Of a stretch of DNA of 64,000 nt, positions 12,936 through 26,527 are shown in pieces. Each line of letters starts with the position of its first letter. The stretch's first letter is position 1. Under the pieces are notes generated by a model. The model ran no database searches. It saw nothing but the letters and a program-made list of their open reading frames with translations, and had not been told where the DNA came from. This DNA comes from Octopus vulgaris (taxonomy: Eukaryota). The stretch is taken from positions 25,110,001 through 25,174,000 of the forward strand of contig OX597815.1 of assembly GCA_951406725.2 (NCBI GenBank), given 5' to 3'. The translations under genes and the position numbers were made by a program.

Positions 12936-13229
12936 AAAGCATTCGATACAGAGTATGTACGTATGTGCCAAAAATAGTTTGTGTGGGATTTGGCTGTTAT
13001 TTCTAGCACGTGGATAGCCTACTTGAAGGCCGCAGAATCAGGGAGAGAAGGGTTTTTCTTTTCTTTTTTTTTTTTGAAAAATTAAAATTTTACAAACAAT
13101 TTTTTTTTCTTTTCAGAATCATAATCTCTGGATTTCGCCAAAAAAGTTTTTTGAAAAAGTGAAAACTTAAGAAGTGGGGATTGGAGTTGAAATTTTGAAG
13201 TTGCGATGGTGTACATTTTGAGCACTTGA

Positions 13230-14830
13230 TTCATTGTATGGTCACTTTTTAGTAAAGGAATGTCTGAAGGATGATGTTCAAGGCTTCATTGTTTAGGGGG
13301 TTGTGTATGGATATGTATGGTAGGGCTTTTGGTTGTAAATCCTTCTTTAGTTTGGGGTGTTTGGGTTCGTGGATGTTGTGTTGAAGGGCATGTTGAAAGC
13401 CTACGAGGGGCGTTCAATAAGTAATGCCCCTGACCCACTTCCCATAGCAGTAGAGCAACGACACTTGGCACAGTTATTAGTCTTTTCCTACATAGGAACT
13501 ACCCAGAGTTATGCATTTCTCCCATCGTTTGATACAGCTCTGGAGACCGTTTTTGTAGAAGACCCCAGCTTGGTCCTCCAATCACGACGTGACTTCAGAA
13601 ATCAAGGCTGCATCATCTGGGAAACGCTTTCCTTTCAAAATCAACTTCATGGCTGGGAAGAGGTGAAAATCAGAGGGTGCAAGGGGAGGAGTTCATAGCT
13701 GCACGCCTGTGCTTCTGATCTGGCGACACGCGAGTTGTGTACCGGAGCGTTGTCCTGCAGGAGGAGGATGCCTTTGCTGATCTTGCCCCGCCTCTTGATT
13801 TTGATAGCTTCTCTTAATTTCCTCAAAAGTGAAGCATAATAGGCTCCTGTAATTGTGGTACCCTTTGCCAGGAAATCTGTCATCACTACTCCGTCCTGGT
13901 CCCAGAAGACTGTGAGCATAACCTTGTCAGCGGAGGGCCGCACCATTGCCTTCTTTGGAGGAGGTGAGTCACGGTGCTTTCACTGCATTGACTGGGCTTT
14001 GGTCTATGGATCATAGTGATGGACTCAGGTTTTATCCTGTGTGATCAGTCTTTTGAAAAATTTTGACTCATCTTCTTGGCACATCTCCAAATTCATCCTC
14101 GAGCACTCAACGCGTTCTTGCTTCTGGAAAGGTGTGAGCAACCTGGAAATCCATCTGGCAGACACCTTTTGCGTATGCAAATGGTCATGAATGATAGTTT
14201 CCACAGACCCGGTACTAATCTTGACCTTATGGGCTATTTGGCGAATAGTTATGCGTTGACCTTCCAAAATGGCAGCCTCAACTTGACGGACAGACGTCTC
14301 ATCAACGGCAGAAGGGGGCGACCAGATCTGGGAGCTGTTTCCACAGAGTTCCGACTATGTTTGAATTCACAATGCCAGCGTTTTACAAGGTCATATGATG
14401 GGGCATCATCACCATAAGTTACTTTCATTTCATCAAAAGTCTCCCGTGGTGTGCGTCCTTTCAAATACAAAAACCAAATCACTGCTCGACACTCAACAGG
14501 CTCCATTTCACACTTGACTCAGTTCAGACACCTGTAAATCAGAAACCACAATTAGATCAGAGCTGTAATTCGCCACTTAATCTATAGAGGTATAAATAAG
14601 TGCACATGCAAAATTTCAGCAAGGTCAAACAACTGCAAGTGGGTCAGAGGCATTACTTATTGAACGCCCCTCGTATATCATTTAGTGATGGTGGGTAATT
14701 CCTGCCGATGAGTGTATCCTTTAGCTCATGTGTCCCTGGTGCTTGTATCAGATACTATAGTACAAATTCTTTTTACTAGGTTGTAAGGGATATTCATTCT
14801 AGAATGTAGTGGATGTAAGGAACGCAAGGG
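13230..14830 (-). mobile_element. Penelope-like retroelement fragment (RT thumb/linker), split by mariner
   Basis: Minus-strand peptides HP..NIPYNLVKRICTIVSD, ELKDTLIGRNYP and ALPYISIHNP lie on either side of the mariner insertion. Confidence 0.7.
13404..14673 (-). mobile_element. Full-length decayed mariner (DD34D-type, irritans-like TIRs)
   Basis: 37-bp TIRs CGAGGGGCGTTCAATAAGTAATGCC(C/T)CTGACCCACTT, TA TSDs (13402-13403, 14674-14675), 1270 bp long. Transposase from ATG 14506 with RSGRP, ARWI.RLL, ITQDKT, KVMLTVFWD, LLQDNAPVH. Frameshifts present and the YSPD motif is lost. Confidence 0.95.
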
Positions 14831-14859
14831 ATATTCATCATAAAGAACAAAAGACAACC

Positions 14860-15050
14860 CAAGTCAATGAAAAGTTTTATAACACAGGCCCAACTACACT
14901 CGTCAACAACATTGAAACCGACAGTAAAAAATGCGGAAGATTTAATTGTGATATATGTGTCAACCTAATTGAGAGATTAGAATTCTCCTTCACACAGGGT
15001 CAACGTTTTACAGTGAAAAACTACTTCACAAGTGCTTCGGAAAACCTTCA
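14860..15050 (+). mobile_element. Penelope-like fragment (Cys-rich region preceding GIY-YIG endonuclease)
   Basis: KKCGRFNCDICVNLIE...F..GQRFTVK..FTSASENL, inverted relative to the adjacent minus-strand PLE piece. Confidence 0.65.
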
Positions 15051-15293
15051 TAAACATCATCAACCTTGCATATCCGTCAAATTCACAGGTGAAACTTCAA
15101 ACGCCGTCAATCACCCATTCCTATTTATCATTGAGGCATTGTTTCGCCCCCTTAATGCTGTCGCTGTGGTTGTTGTGGGGACCTTCTTGACTCTGTAGTA
15201 GTCATAATTTTAGTTGTTAAGACTTGTTAAGACTTGCATGATTATTGCTGCGATTGTTGTATCCAGCTTGTGATCGTATTAATGGCAGTTGTC

Positions 15294-15706
15294 AAGGCGG
15301 CGAGCTGGCAGAATCGTTAGCAAGCCGGGCGAAATGCTTAGCGGTACTTCGTCTGCCGCTACGTTCTGAGTTCAAATTCCGCCGAGGTCGACTTTGCCTT
15401 TCATCCTTTCGGGGTCAATAAATTAAGTACCAGTTACTGGGGTCGATATAGTCGACTTAATCCGTTTGTCTATCCTTGTTTGTCCTCACTGTGTTTAGCC
15501 CCTTGTGGGTAGTAAAGAAATAGGTATTTCGTCTGCCGTTACTTTCTGAGTTCAAATTCCGGCGAGGCTGGCTTTGTCTTTCATCCTTTCGGAGTCGATA
15601 AATTAAGTACCAGTTACGCACTGGAGTCAATGTAATCGACTTAATCCCTTTGTCTGTCTTTGTTTGTCCCCTCTGTGTTTAGCTCCTTGTGGGCAGTGAA
15701 GAAATA
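15294..15706 (+). mobile_element. SINE family B with internal tandem duplication
   Basis: A full unit followed by a second headless unit (GGTATTTCGTCTGCCG...AAGAAATA). Confidence 0.85.
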
Positions 15707-16029
15707 AGAAAGGATTATTATTTTTTTTTTTTTTCATATTTTTTTGTCCGTTCACGAAACATTTTTTTCTTTTCGTTGTAATCTCCCTTACATCGTAAAG
15801 TCACAAAAATAACCACTTTTAAATGAAACAAGGGAGATAATCTCTAATTTAAGTTGTTTAAGCCCGGGTCATTCCTGAGAGAACAGATCTACGATTAAAA
15901 GTATTTCAGCGAAGACGATCCTATCTTTTACTTTGAGTATTGTGTGTCTAGGACTACATTATATATTGATTTGAGGAAGATAAGGTTGCTTTTTCTACTA
16001 GGTCGAGCAACGAATTAGAGGCGCCTTTA

Positions 16030-16257
16030 AATAATAATAATAATAATTGTGTACAGTGCTCAGGTGCACCACAACTCATCCAAAGTGTATATATAATCAG
16101 GTGTAGTTTCGGCGGATCTCGGAAAGCACGAGGGCCTTAAAGGATGCAGTGTCATGGCAGTCAACAACTGATGCAGGCAGTTTATTCCATGCTTCAGCAA
16201 CTCTGAGCGTGAAAAAATGTTTCCGAAAGTCATGGGAGCTGTGTTGCTGTTACTTTC

Positions 16258-16293
<36 letters not shown>

Positions 16294-16590
16294 AATTATT
16301 GTATACAGTGCTCAGGTGCACCACAACTTGTCAAAAGTGCGTATAAAGCATATGCAGTCATGTACAAATGTCTCGAAAGTGAACAGTGTATGAGTCAGAT
16401 ACATGCTTGCGTGTGTATGGAGGGGAGAAAATCAGGTGTAGTGTTGGCGAATCTCAGGTAGCATGGAAGTTTTGAAGGATGCAGTGCTCCGACAACTAAC
16501 AACTGTTGCCGGCAGTTTGTTCCATACTTCAGCAACTCTTAGCATGAAAAAAATGTTTCCGAAAGTCATGGGAGCTGTGCTGTTTTGTTA
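16030..16590 (-). mobile_element. Two tandem CR1-type LINE 3' ends
   Basis: Minus strand encodes HSSHDFRKHFF.LRVAE.WNKLP..VV.C...ASF, with a GGTGCACCTGAGCACTGTA..(ATT)n tail. Tail remnants also at ~11160-11197 and ~12017-12053. Confidence 0.75.
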
Positions 16591-16707
16591 ATGCTAGGTC
16601 AAACATGATCGAGAAGATCTATGATCAATGGCATTCCAGTCAGAAGCCATCAAGAGTAAATAGGACAACTATGTATAAGGTGTCCTTTGCTTAACGAGAC
16701 AGTAAAA

Positions 16708-17105
16708 TCTTTATATATAAAAGAGAAGTTGTGTGTCTGTCTCCTACGATTTAGATTCCTAACTACTCCCACATTTTGCGGTGCAGTTTAACCAAAACCG
16801 GGTATCTTATAGTCGTGATTCATATCGAGCCCTTCTGGGTATTAGCGCGCGTCTACGATGAGTCTACGATTTAAAAAAAAAATTTACCATCATTTTTTCC
16901 ATTTTAATGCATTTTTTCGCTATTATATAAGGGAAGTAACTCTCTAAAATTGTCTACGATGAGTCAACGATTTTTAAAAAAATTTACCATCATTTTTTTC
17001 CCATTTTTAATGCATTTTTTTGCTATTTTTTGGCTATAACTCTCTAAAGATGCTTATATAGTTATTTCCCTTACAAACCCGAGCAACGCCGGGCGATACT
17101 TCTAG
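16708..17105 (+). mobile_element. Non-autonomous Helitron
   Basis: 5' TCTTTATATATAAAA; 3' hairpin CCCGAGCAACGCCGGG then CTAG; inserted between A and T. Near-identical copy at 38982-39373. Confidence 0.85.
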
Positions 17106-17555
17106 TGTGATATAAAGGTGATATGGCTGATATTTCAATCACGTAAAATGTCCCTCTTCGGCTCCATAGATTAAAGTAGATTTTCTCCGTATATATTTTA
17201 TAAGTAGAATTCAATAAACTAATATCGGATTGATGTTAAGTATTCGCAGCAATATATTACTTATATTTGATGTCTTCCACACAATTACGTTTTTGTAAAC
17301 GATTATGTCTTCTTTGTAAAGGCACCAAAACTAAGATATAAGTTATAATTTGTCACGAACTATATCCTGGTCTTCGTGCATTTATAGAATAGTAATATAG
17401 AATTATAGAATCGGTAATATAAATAGATAAACAACGTATACACAATTGTATGTGTGTGTGTGTGTGCGCGCACGCCTGTGTTTTCCTTGTGAGTAGATGG
17501 GTCTATTTTGTGAAGTTTCTCGAATACAAATATAGCTATAAATAACATCTCTCAA

Positions 17556-17954
17556 TCTTTTTATATAAAGCTGAAGTTGTCTGTGTGTGGCAGGTTTAGT
17601 AGCCTTCAACTAACACTATCTCCTCCGAGACCCTGCGGCGCAAGTTGACCAAAATTGAGAGTATGCTAGAAGAAGGCTTGCTCTTCATTCCATAGAAGAA
17701 AAAACTCAAATCGGACCATGTTAAGACCAAAAATTATTTACATCAAAAAGGTGCTTTTTTTTTTTCTATGAAAATCCCTATTTTTAACGATTTTTTGACT
17801 GCTGTGTCGCCATTTTTTGGTGTATTTCGACCAGAAAAATGTTCACTTAAAGAGAATAACAAGCTACATAATGCAAAATTTTACTTTTCAATAATTACAA
17901 TTCTAAAGGGTCGAAAAGAAAACAAACCCGAGCAATGCCGGGCTATACTACTAG
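17556..17954 (+). mobile_element. Non-autonomous Helitron (second family)
   Basis: 5' TCTTTTTATATAAAG; 3' CCCGAGCAATGCCGGG...CTAG; A|T target site. Confidence 0.8.
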
Positions 17955-18987
17955 TTTACTAATAAAAAAAAAACTTAGACGTAATAAAAGTCCGCTGGTC
18001 ATCTAAGGGAGTTAACCAAGTATCTCTTCGTATCCTAACCAATCGTGATACTACTACACCAAAGTGATCCTCCAACTTTTAGCCCCTGAAATTGGAAGCT
18101 TTAATCTTACAAGCGTGAAAGGACGTTTGTTTATATTTAAAAAGTAATTTAGAAATATGAAAATAAATCTCTTTTTTGAAGTAGCTCGAATGCATATGTA
18201 GCTATAAATAAGTGTTTCTAATTTAGGCACAGGGTTGCACTTTTGAGAGGAGTGGGGTTACCGATTACATCACCTCCAGCTTTACACTGGTACTCCATGC
18301 TGTCGACTACGACAACATGAAAGGCAAAATTGAGCTCGATGGGATTGAAAGTCTTGCACAAATACACCAATAGTGCTTACTACTCCGACAAATTAACACA
18401 CAAATATCTTTTCCACCATCATCACCACAACTGCCTTCTACCGTCATCGCCATACACCTTTCGTGTCTTTTTATCTATTTTGATTATAATAGTTATGTAG
18501 CAGTTTGCTTGAAAATTTTAATAACAATATCCGCAGCTTTCATTTTAATAACCATAGTTATTTAATGGTTTACTTTAAAATTTTGATAGCAATATCTGGA
18601 TATTTGATTCTAATAACTGATTTATAATTCTTATTAAGTAAAGAGTCGGGATACAGCCCATTCCACTGTATATGTAGTGAATGCTCGTAGTTACAAACGA
18701 AGAAGTATTCAATTCATAAAGTAAAGTTTATACTAGCGGGAGCCGTGAATATTTCACGGAATTAATAGTAAACCTATAGGATTATTCCTGAAAACATTAT
18801 CCCAAAAATCTGAAAGCATAGCCTGTGTTGTGTTTGTATCAAAAGATAATTGCTCATCTGCTCTTCATTGAAAAGTGAAGGAAATTGGAATGCGGTGCTT
18901 ACTTAACGCCTTTTTTCGTGAAGTAACAGTTTTTGTGATATTTCTGCTACTTTTTAATAAAGTATATGTGTGTGTGTATGTGTGTAT

Positions 18988-19049
<62 letters not shown>

Positions 19050-19869
19050 CTGTGTGTCTGTGTGTGTGTGTGTAACCATGGTATGGTGGGATAGGAGACT
19101 CAAAGAACGATTAACAGAGAGCTTCATAATCCTAACTATGTACTCCCACTATATGGGTGATATCAACATAGTGGCAAAAGCACCCCTACAAAACAGTGTC
19201 TATGAGTTCGAAGCTAGCACCAAAAAGAGCACCCAACAAATAACTAACTTCATCCACTAGAGTTTTAAAGTAACATTAGACTACTCTAGCCAGCACCTTA
19301 GATATAGACAATCGGTCTTAGACACAGAACTCTAGCTGGAAACTAGGAATAATAAAGTCTAGATGTTTTATTCGCACTATGTCATACCCATGGCCTCTAA
19401 ATACCTGATCCACAAGACCGTAGGTATTGCGGGCAACATCACTTTCAATATCCTAATAGCGGACTTGGCAAGGGTGATGAGAAATGTGTTCGGAATTAGA
19501 GACACATACAACACTTCATTCACCGCATGCAGTTCTCTGACTACAGCCAAAGAGACTAGATCAGAGTGTACAAAGTAGCTTGGGCTAAGTAAAGGCCTCT
19601 TCACTAAAATGCAAATGGGATCTGCCCGCTATACAGGAGTAAATTCTGGAATAGCATAAAAAAGACCAAGGCCAACTTATGGTATGACAACCAAAAATAC
19701 TAGAGTATCACGTTCATTGATACTACCCCTGGTGGCGAATTAGCATATCGTTTTAGGAAAACCGCAGATAAGATGAATCCGCGGATTAAAGGGGTAGAAA
19801 GGGGTAGAAATCCCTGAGCTGTAGAACAAGTTCATTTGAAAGGCTCCCATGTACGGATAGATATGTATA

Positions 19870-20097
19870 TATTTCTTTACTGCCCACAAGGGGCTAAACA
19901 TAGAGGGGACAAACAAGGACAGACAAAGGGAGTAAGTCTATTACATCGACCCCAGTGCGAAACTGGTGCTTTATTTATCGACCCCGAAAGGATGAAAGGC
20001 AAAGTCGACCTCGGCGGAATTTGAACTCAGAACGTAACGACAGACTAAATACCGCTAAGCATTTCGCCCGGCGCGCTAACGTTTCTGCCAGCTCGCC
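19870..20097 (-). mobile_element. SINE family B
   Basis: Reverse complement of 60269-60491. Confidence 0.85.
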
Positions 20098-20662
20098 GGA
20101 TAGATATGTATAGTATGTAGGATGACCCCACGGTAAGATTAGGAATGTAGTCTATAATATACGGTGTACTGAGGGAGCGTGTGGACAACAACATGTATTG
20201 AGTGTCACCTATGCTAACACGTAGCATAGGTGACAATGGCGGGAGCTCAGGGAGGAGAAAAGCTCGTCAGTGCGGAGGCTCGGTTAACAACGTAGATGTT
20301 AAGATATTGTCCACACATAAAACAGATAATGACGCTTAGACAGATTACAGACGCCACACACAGTAATAGACAGACCGAGCCCACACAGAAAAGATAAATG
20401 GAATAATAACACTCCTCCATGCCACCGCACTATGCAACCTGACGACTAAAGACAGAATGAAAAAAGGAAAAAAAAAAAAACTGATACAAATAGAATATAT
20501 TTGTATAACATATAACCCCATATGTACATACACATACTAAAGACGGAACGGAAAAAAATAAATGAATGAATGAATAAACGAATAAAAAGTAACTAAATAA
20601 AAAACATGGGTACAAGCAGTATAGTAAGCAAACCCATATACGCACACACAAAACGCACATAC

Positions 20663-20752
<90 letters not shown>

Positions 20753-21036
20753 CACGGACACGGACACACACAGATATTGAAGCAAACGCATGTGCAGATA
20801 AGGATAAATATCACAGAAAGACACAATGGACTAAAGAGAACAAGAGGAGAGACGTGGGATGGAGAGTCGCTGAAGAGGTCACAGGGCGTGCGACGAAAGA
20901 TTTCAGACGACACTAAAACAATAATAAAGTTGAAGTGAAGACCAAGTATATAGTGCATGTGGTTAATTGGCAAAAATATGACCATCCTCAAATATAACAA
21001 TACACACACACACATGTGTGTGTGTGTGTGTATGCG

Positions 21037-21239
21037 ACCGCGTGTGTATCGTTGGCGATTTTTTTCCTCCGTCTTCCCTTCCTTGGATCTTTCTCCTTTC
21101 TATGTTTCTGACGAAGAGCTCCGCTCGAAACGTTAAATCCCCCTTCTTTCTTTCCTTTCCTGAGCGTCCAATAACACTATACTTGTTCCACGTCCTCGCG
21201 ATGTTGTGTTTTCTCTTTGTGTTTTCATGTTTGGAAAAA

Positions 21240-21242
<3 letters not shown>
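21037..21242 (+). mobile_element. Short repeat unit H1 with hammerhead-ribozyme-like motif
   Basis: GTTT CTGACGA A GAGC TCC GCTC GAAA C GTT AAAT at 21104-21138, followed by (TA)n. Near-identical copy at 49338-49544; relatives at ~25790-26000, ~31290-31503 and ~52380-52553. Confidence 0.7.
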
Positions 21243-21276
<34 letters not shown>

Positions 21277-21539
21277 TGTGTGTGTATTCCTATTACAGTT
21301 TTTGAGTACCACAGCCTATTCGAGTATTGTTTGCAGCAATATATCCGGATGCAGGTGGTTTATTTGAAATTTATTGACAGTTTTCATCCAGGAACCGTTT
21401 GAAATTTATGAGTTCTTTTCTTTGCCCTATATGCCTTGGCATGATGTTAAAGAGAGCAGAGACAGTTGAGGTGAAATAGTTCTGTCTTACTGTGGTGATG
21501 TTGTTACATCACAACACTAAGAGAGCATGGTAATTTGTA

Positions 21540-22198
21540 GAGGACGGGTGGCACGGAGACCAAGCCTTTGGTAAAATTTAAAGTTGATGCCAACATCATT
21601 TGGACAGTGCTGTTAGACTGAATACTTTTTCCCCATCATACAAATGATATGGCGATCACGACGGCGTTGGAGGGAATAAAGTTTGACCTTCTCGAACCGA
21701 TCCCAATAATCAAGACCTGTCATGTTGTCTTTCTTTTTTTTTTTCTTTTTTTGATTGATCTCTGAGGTACTTTAATTTTTATGATGTTTTGTTTCGTGCA
21801 GAGATATCACAGGCGAAGGTAAATAATAGAAGGGTAATGTTAAAAGCGTCTCTAGACTGGAAAAGTCCTGAAGATCCAGGAGCACCCTTTGCGGGTCATG
21901 TCTACTTTGTTGTTTATCTGAGCTTTCCAGCTTAAGTTACTCCGGGGTTCCTAGTAATATTTGATGCCACAAGGTTTTCGTCCAAGGGAAAAGATGATGG
22001 TAGCTTTAAGTGCAGCTTCTTTACGAAGTGGATTGATTCAAAGTTATTCTCGTTTAGCTGCATATTGTGCTTTTCTAACCACTGGATAACGGCGAATAGA
22101 CATAATTGGAGATTTATCCGGTCTTCTACCCGGTCGACGACCTTCAGAAGCTTAGGGTCGTCCGCAAAAATTCTAATTGCTGTGTTTGATGACGTCAA

Positions 22199-22200
<2 letters not shown>
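21540..22200 (-). mobile_element. CR1-type LINE RT fragment
   Basis: IRIFADDPKLLK...DRINLQ.. WLEKHNMQLN (FADD motif and the downstream CR1-like pattern). Confidence 0.75.
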
Positions 22201-22276
<76 letters not shown>

Positions 22277-22544
22277 ATTCAAAGCAATGAATAGCTTTGA
22301 CGAAACCATGGTATGCTTTGTTTTCTGACTTTTTAATCATCTCATAATAATGACTTTTATGACTTTTATTACTACCTCAGTACATCTAAATGTATATATC
22401 TGTCGTTACCTTTCATAAAAAGCCTTTTCTGTTTTTTATTTACAATGTGCATTTTCGTTGATTTTTCTTATTTTCCCCTTACATTTCCACGTGTATTTTA
22501 TATTTTCTTTTTGTAACATATTTCTACTATATATATATATATGT

Positions 22545-22853
<309 letters not shown>

Positions 22854-23010
22854 GTTAGTAGTTGTAACCGACTAAGGGATAAAATATCCGTATATACTAT
22901 CAGTATCCGTTACCTGTGTTATACCCGGGCAAGGGTGTGCAGGGACACCATATACGTCGAGCGCAGGTAACAATAGGATAAACAAAAGTCTATTAGGAAC
23001 CAATGCAAAT

Positions 23011-23670
23011 AATTAGAAAATGGAGAAAAACATAGATTAACCAACACATCGATTGGACCACATTTTAAAGCTTGTTTATTGATACAATGCAGGACATAAC
23101 AAAACTTACAGCTGTTTCTAATCAGATTACCAGAATTCAGCCTATACATAGATGCGAGAATAAAATTCTTCATTTTCATAGGGCGTTCAAATTAAGGCAA
23201 CAGATCTTCATCAGGGTGAAAAACAAGAGTATACACTATAAACAAAAGGAATAGGGGAAAGGAAAGAAAACATGGCTTAGACAAATAGTCTAGAAGCTCA
23301 ACATGTTAAGCGCACATAATTATTTACCATCCGGATTTATGTGCACTTAATGGAAATGACGCTATATGCACTTAACATATTGGGCTTCTAGACTATTTGT
23401 CTAAGCCATGTTTACTTTCATTTCCCTTCTTCCTTTTGTTCATATTGTATACTCTTGTTTTTCACCCTGATGAAGACCTGTTGCCTTAATTTGAACGCCC
23501 TATGAAGATGAAGAATTTTATTCTTGCATTTATGTGTAGGCTGAATTCTGGGAACTTTGATCAGAAACAGCTATAAGCTTTGTTATGTCTTGCATTGTAT
23601 TAATAAACAAGCTTTAAAATGTGGTCCAATCGATGTGCTGGTTAATTTATTTTTTCTCCATATTCTAATT
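23011..23670. repeat. Long imperfect palindrome (~310 bp arms, ~45 bp spacer); duplicated at 28635-29294
   Basis: Arm 23011-~23318 is the reverse complement of ~23364-23670, with scattered mismatches. Confidence 0.9.
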
Positions 23671-23690
23671 ATATATATAAATAAATATAA

Positions 23691-23772
<82 letters not shown>

Positions 23773-23970
23773 ATTCGCTAGCCTCTGCACGCATTTTTTT
23801 CTCTCCTTGTTTCTTTCTGTGTTTCTTTTCTGTGTATCTTTCTGTTGAAGAGCGTAGGCTCGAAACGTAAAAGACTTGTTTTATTTATATTCCTGAGCGC
23901 CATACTAATACAATTGTTTGTTTGTATTCCACCTGCCTTCGTCTTTTGTTTATTTTCATAAAGCTTCCCG

Positions 23971-24053
<83 letters not shown>

Positions 24054-24235
24054 CTCAGGCGAAGCTGTGTGACAGGAACTTTGCTTCCCAACCACATGGT
24101 TCCGGGTTCAGTCCCAGTGCATGGCACCTTGGGCAAGTGTCTTCTACTATAGCGTCGGGCCAACTAAAACCTTGTAAGTGGATTTGCTAGATGAATACTG
24201 GAAGGAGCCCTTCGTATATATGTATATATGTATGT

Positions 24236-24308
<73 letters not shown>

Positions 24309-24566
24309 TGTGTCCGTGTTTGACCCCCACCATCGCTTCAAAAACGTTGTTGGTGAGTTTACGTACCCATAAGTTCTAAGCTTACAAAGAAGTCCTGAGG
24401 TCGAATTATTCGACTAAAGACGGTGCTCCAACATGGCCGCAATCAAATGACTGAAACAAGTAAAAGAATAAAAGAACATACATACATACATACACACATA
24501 CATACATACATACATACATACATACATACATACATACATACATACATACATACATACATACATACA

Positions 24567-24597
<31 letters not shown>

Positions 24598-24829
24598 TTT
24601 AGAGATCAGAATGGTGTGAGTGTGTGTTTTATATTTGGTAGGATGGTGTGTATATATGTGTGCACGTTTGTGTGTATGTGTATGTATGTGTCTGTGTGTG
24701 ATTGGTATTTGTCAGGGTGTTGTGTATGCGCATGTGTGTGTATATGTGTTTGTTCACGTGTGTGTATGTGTACGTCTGTGTGTAGGCGCGTGTATGTTTG
24801 TGTGTTTTGTGTTGGTGGGGATGTTATGT

Positions 24830-25195
24830 GTGTGTACGTGAGTGTGTGTGTGTACGTGAGTGTGTGTGTGTACGTGAGTGTGTGTGTGTGTACGTGAGTG
24901 TGTGTGTGTACGTGAGTGTGTGTGTGTACGTGAGTGTGTGTGTGTGTGTACGTGAGTGTGTGTGTGTACGTGAGTGTGTGTGTGTGTGTGTGTACGTGTG
25001 TGTGTGTACGTGAGTGTGTGTGTGTACGTGAGTGTGTGTGTGTACGTGAGTGTGTGTGTGTGTGTAAGTGAGTGTGTGTGTGTACGTACGTGAGTGTGTG
25101 TGTGTACGTGAGTGTGTGTGTGTACGTGAGTGTGTGTGTGTACGTGAGTGTGTGTGTGTGTACGTGAGCGTGTGTGTGTGTACGTGAGTGTGTGT
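24830..25195 (+). repeat. (GT)n-derived minisatellite with TACGTGAG punctuation; copy at ~30375-30680
   Basis: Repeated (TG)nTACGTGAG units of variable length. Confidence 0.9.
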
Positions 25196-25559
25196 ATGTC
25201 TCTGTCTGAGCATGTTTGTATTGTTTTAATTGTCCTTGTGGTGTGTGTGTGTGTGAGCAACCATATGTGTGTGTGAGGGTGCATATGTATGTGTGCGTCT
25301 GTGTGTGCGTGTGTATGTGTGTTTTGTGTTGGCGGGGATGTTATGTGTGTGTGTTGTGTCTGTCTGAGTACGTTTGCGTTTTAATGTGTGTGTGAGGGTG
25401 CATATATATGTGTGTGTGTGGGTGCGTATGTGTGTGTAAGTGTGTTGAATTTATCAGGGATTCTGTGTGTGTCCGTGTGTGTTGGGTTTATCTGGGTGGT
25501 GTGTATGTGTGTGCATGTGCGTTTTGTGTATGTTGGTACTGAGTATGCGTTTGTGTGTG

Positions 25560-25590
<31 letters not shown>

Positions 25591-25999
25591 AAATATGTGG
25601 GTATGGTTTATGTAGTTTCCGGGTGTGTGTGTGTGTGTGCACATGTGTGAGTGTGCTGCATTTGTGAGTGATTTGTTTTGTTTGTATTGTTAGTATAGTG
25701 TGTGTGTGTATACGTGTGGGTGTGTTTGTATGAGTGTGTCTACGTGTCTTGTATTTGTTTATATATATATATATATATATATAAGTTAGACATGGCCTGG
25801 GCCAATAATGGCCGAAACCTATCAAAGTATATTCCCTTCTCGGGATCTTTCCTTCTCCTATGTTTCCGACGAAGAGCTCCGTTCGAAACGTCAAACCCTC
25901 CTTCTTCCCTTCTTTCCTGAGCATCCAATAATACTTTATTTGTTCCACGTCCTTGCGTTGTTGTTTTTTTTGTTTTTGTTTTCTTGTTTGGATTAACTT

Positions 26000-26032
<33 letters not shown>

Positions 26033-26227
26033 GTGTGTGTATATATATAATATATATACATTATTTCTAAATCTTTCAAAGAGAACTATTCAGTAACAGT
26101 ACTTTAAAGACTATTTGCCAAGATAATGTGGCGGTCCTGAATGGGACGATTGTTACTGTTGTTTAGCCCCAGGAAACGTCATTTCCAGCTGGCTATACGA
26201 CGCAATATCTTTCGAAAATATAAGGAG

Positions 26228-26304
<77 letters not shown>

Positions 26305-26527
26305 GACTCACACACACACGCATACATACATGTTTGAAAAGTTGTGAAATGAAGTTAGTACTAAAATATAACAAGAAAAATTACTAACATGTCTAGAAAG
26401 AAAATAGCACTTATGTTATCGTAAATAGGGCTAGTTAATATTTATCCAAAACAAAACTGTAGGGTTCTTATAATAGTGTACTTACTGAAATATTATAGAG
26501 ACCACCAAGTACACTACTATAAGAACC

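Noticed and set aside
19090-19750. Possible decayed non-LTR RT fragment (YMGDI-like motif)
   Set aside because: Too degenerate to assign by eye.
20240-20275. Partial hammerhead-like motif (minus CTGACGAGCT...AGC); also 59912-59935
   Set aside because: Missing or corrupted core halves, so not counted among the supported motifs.
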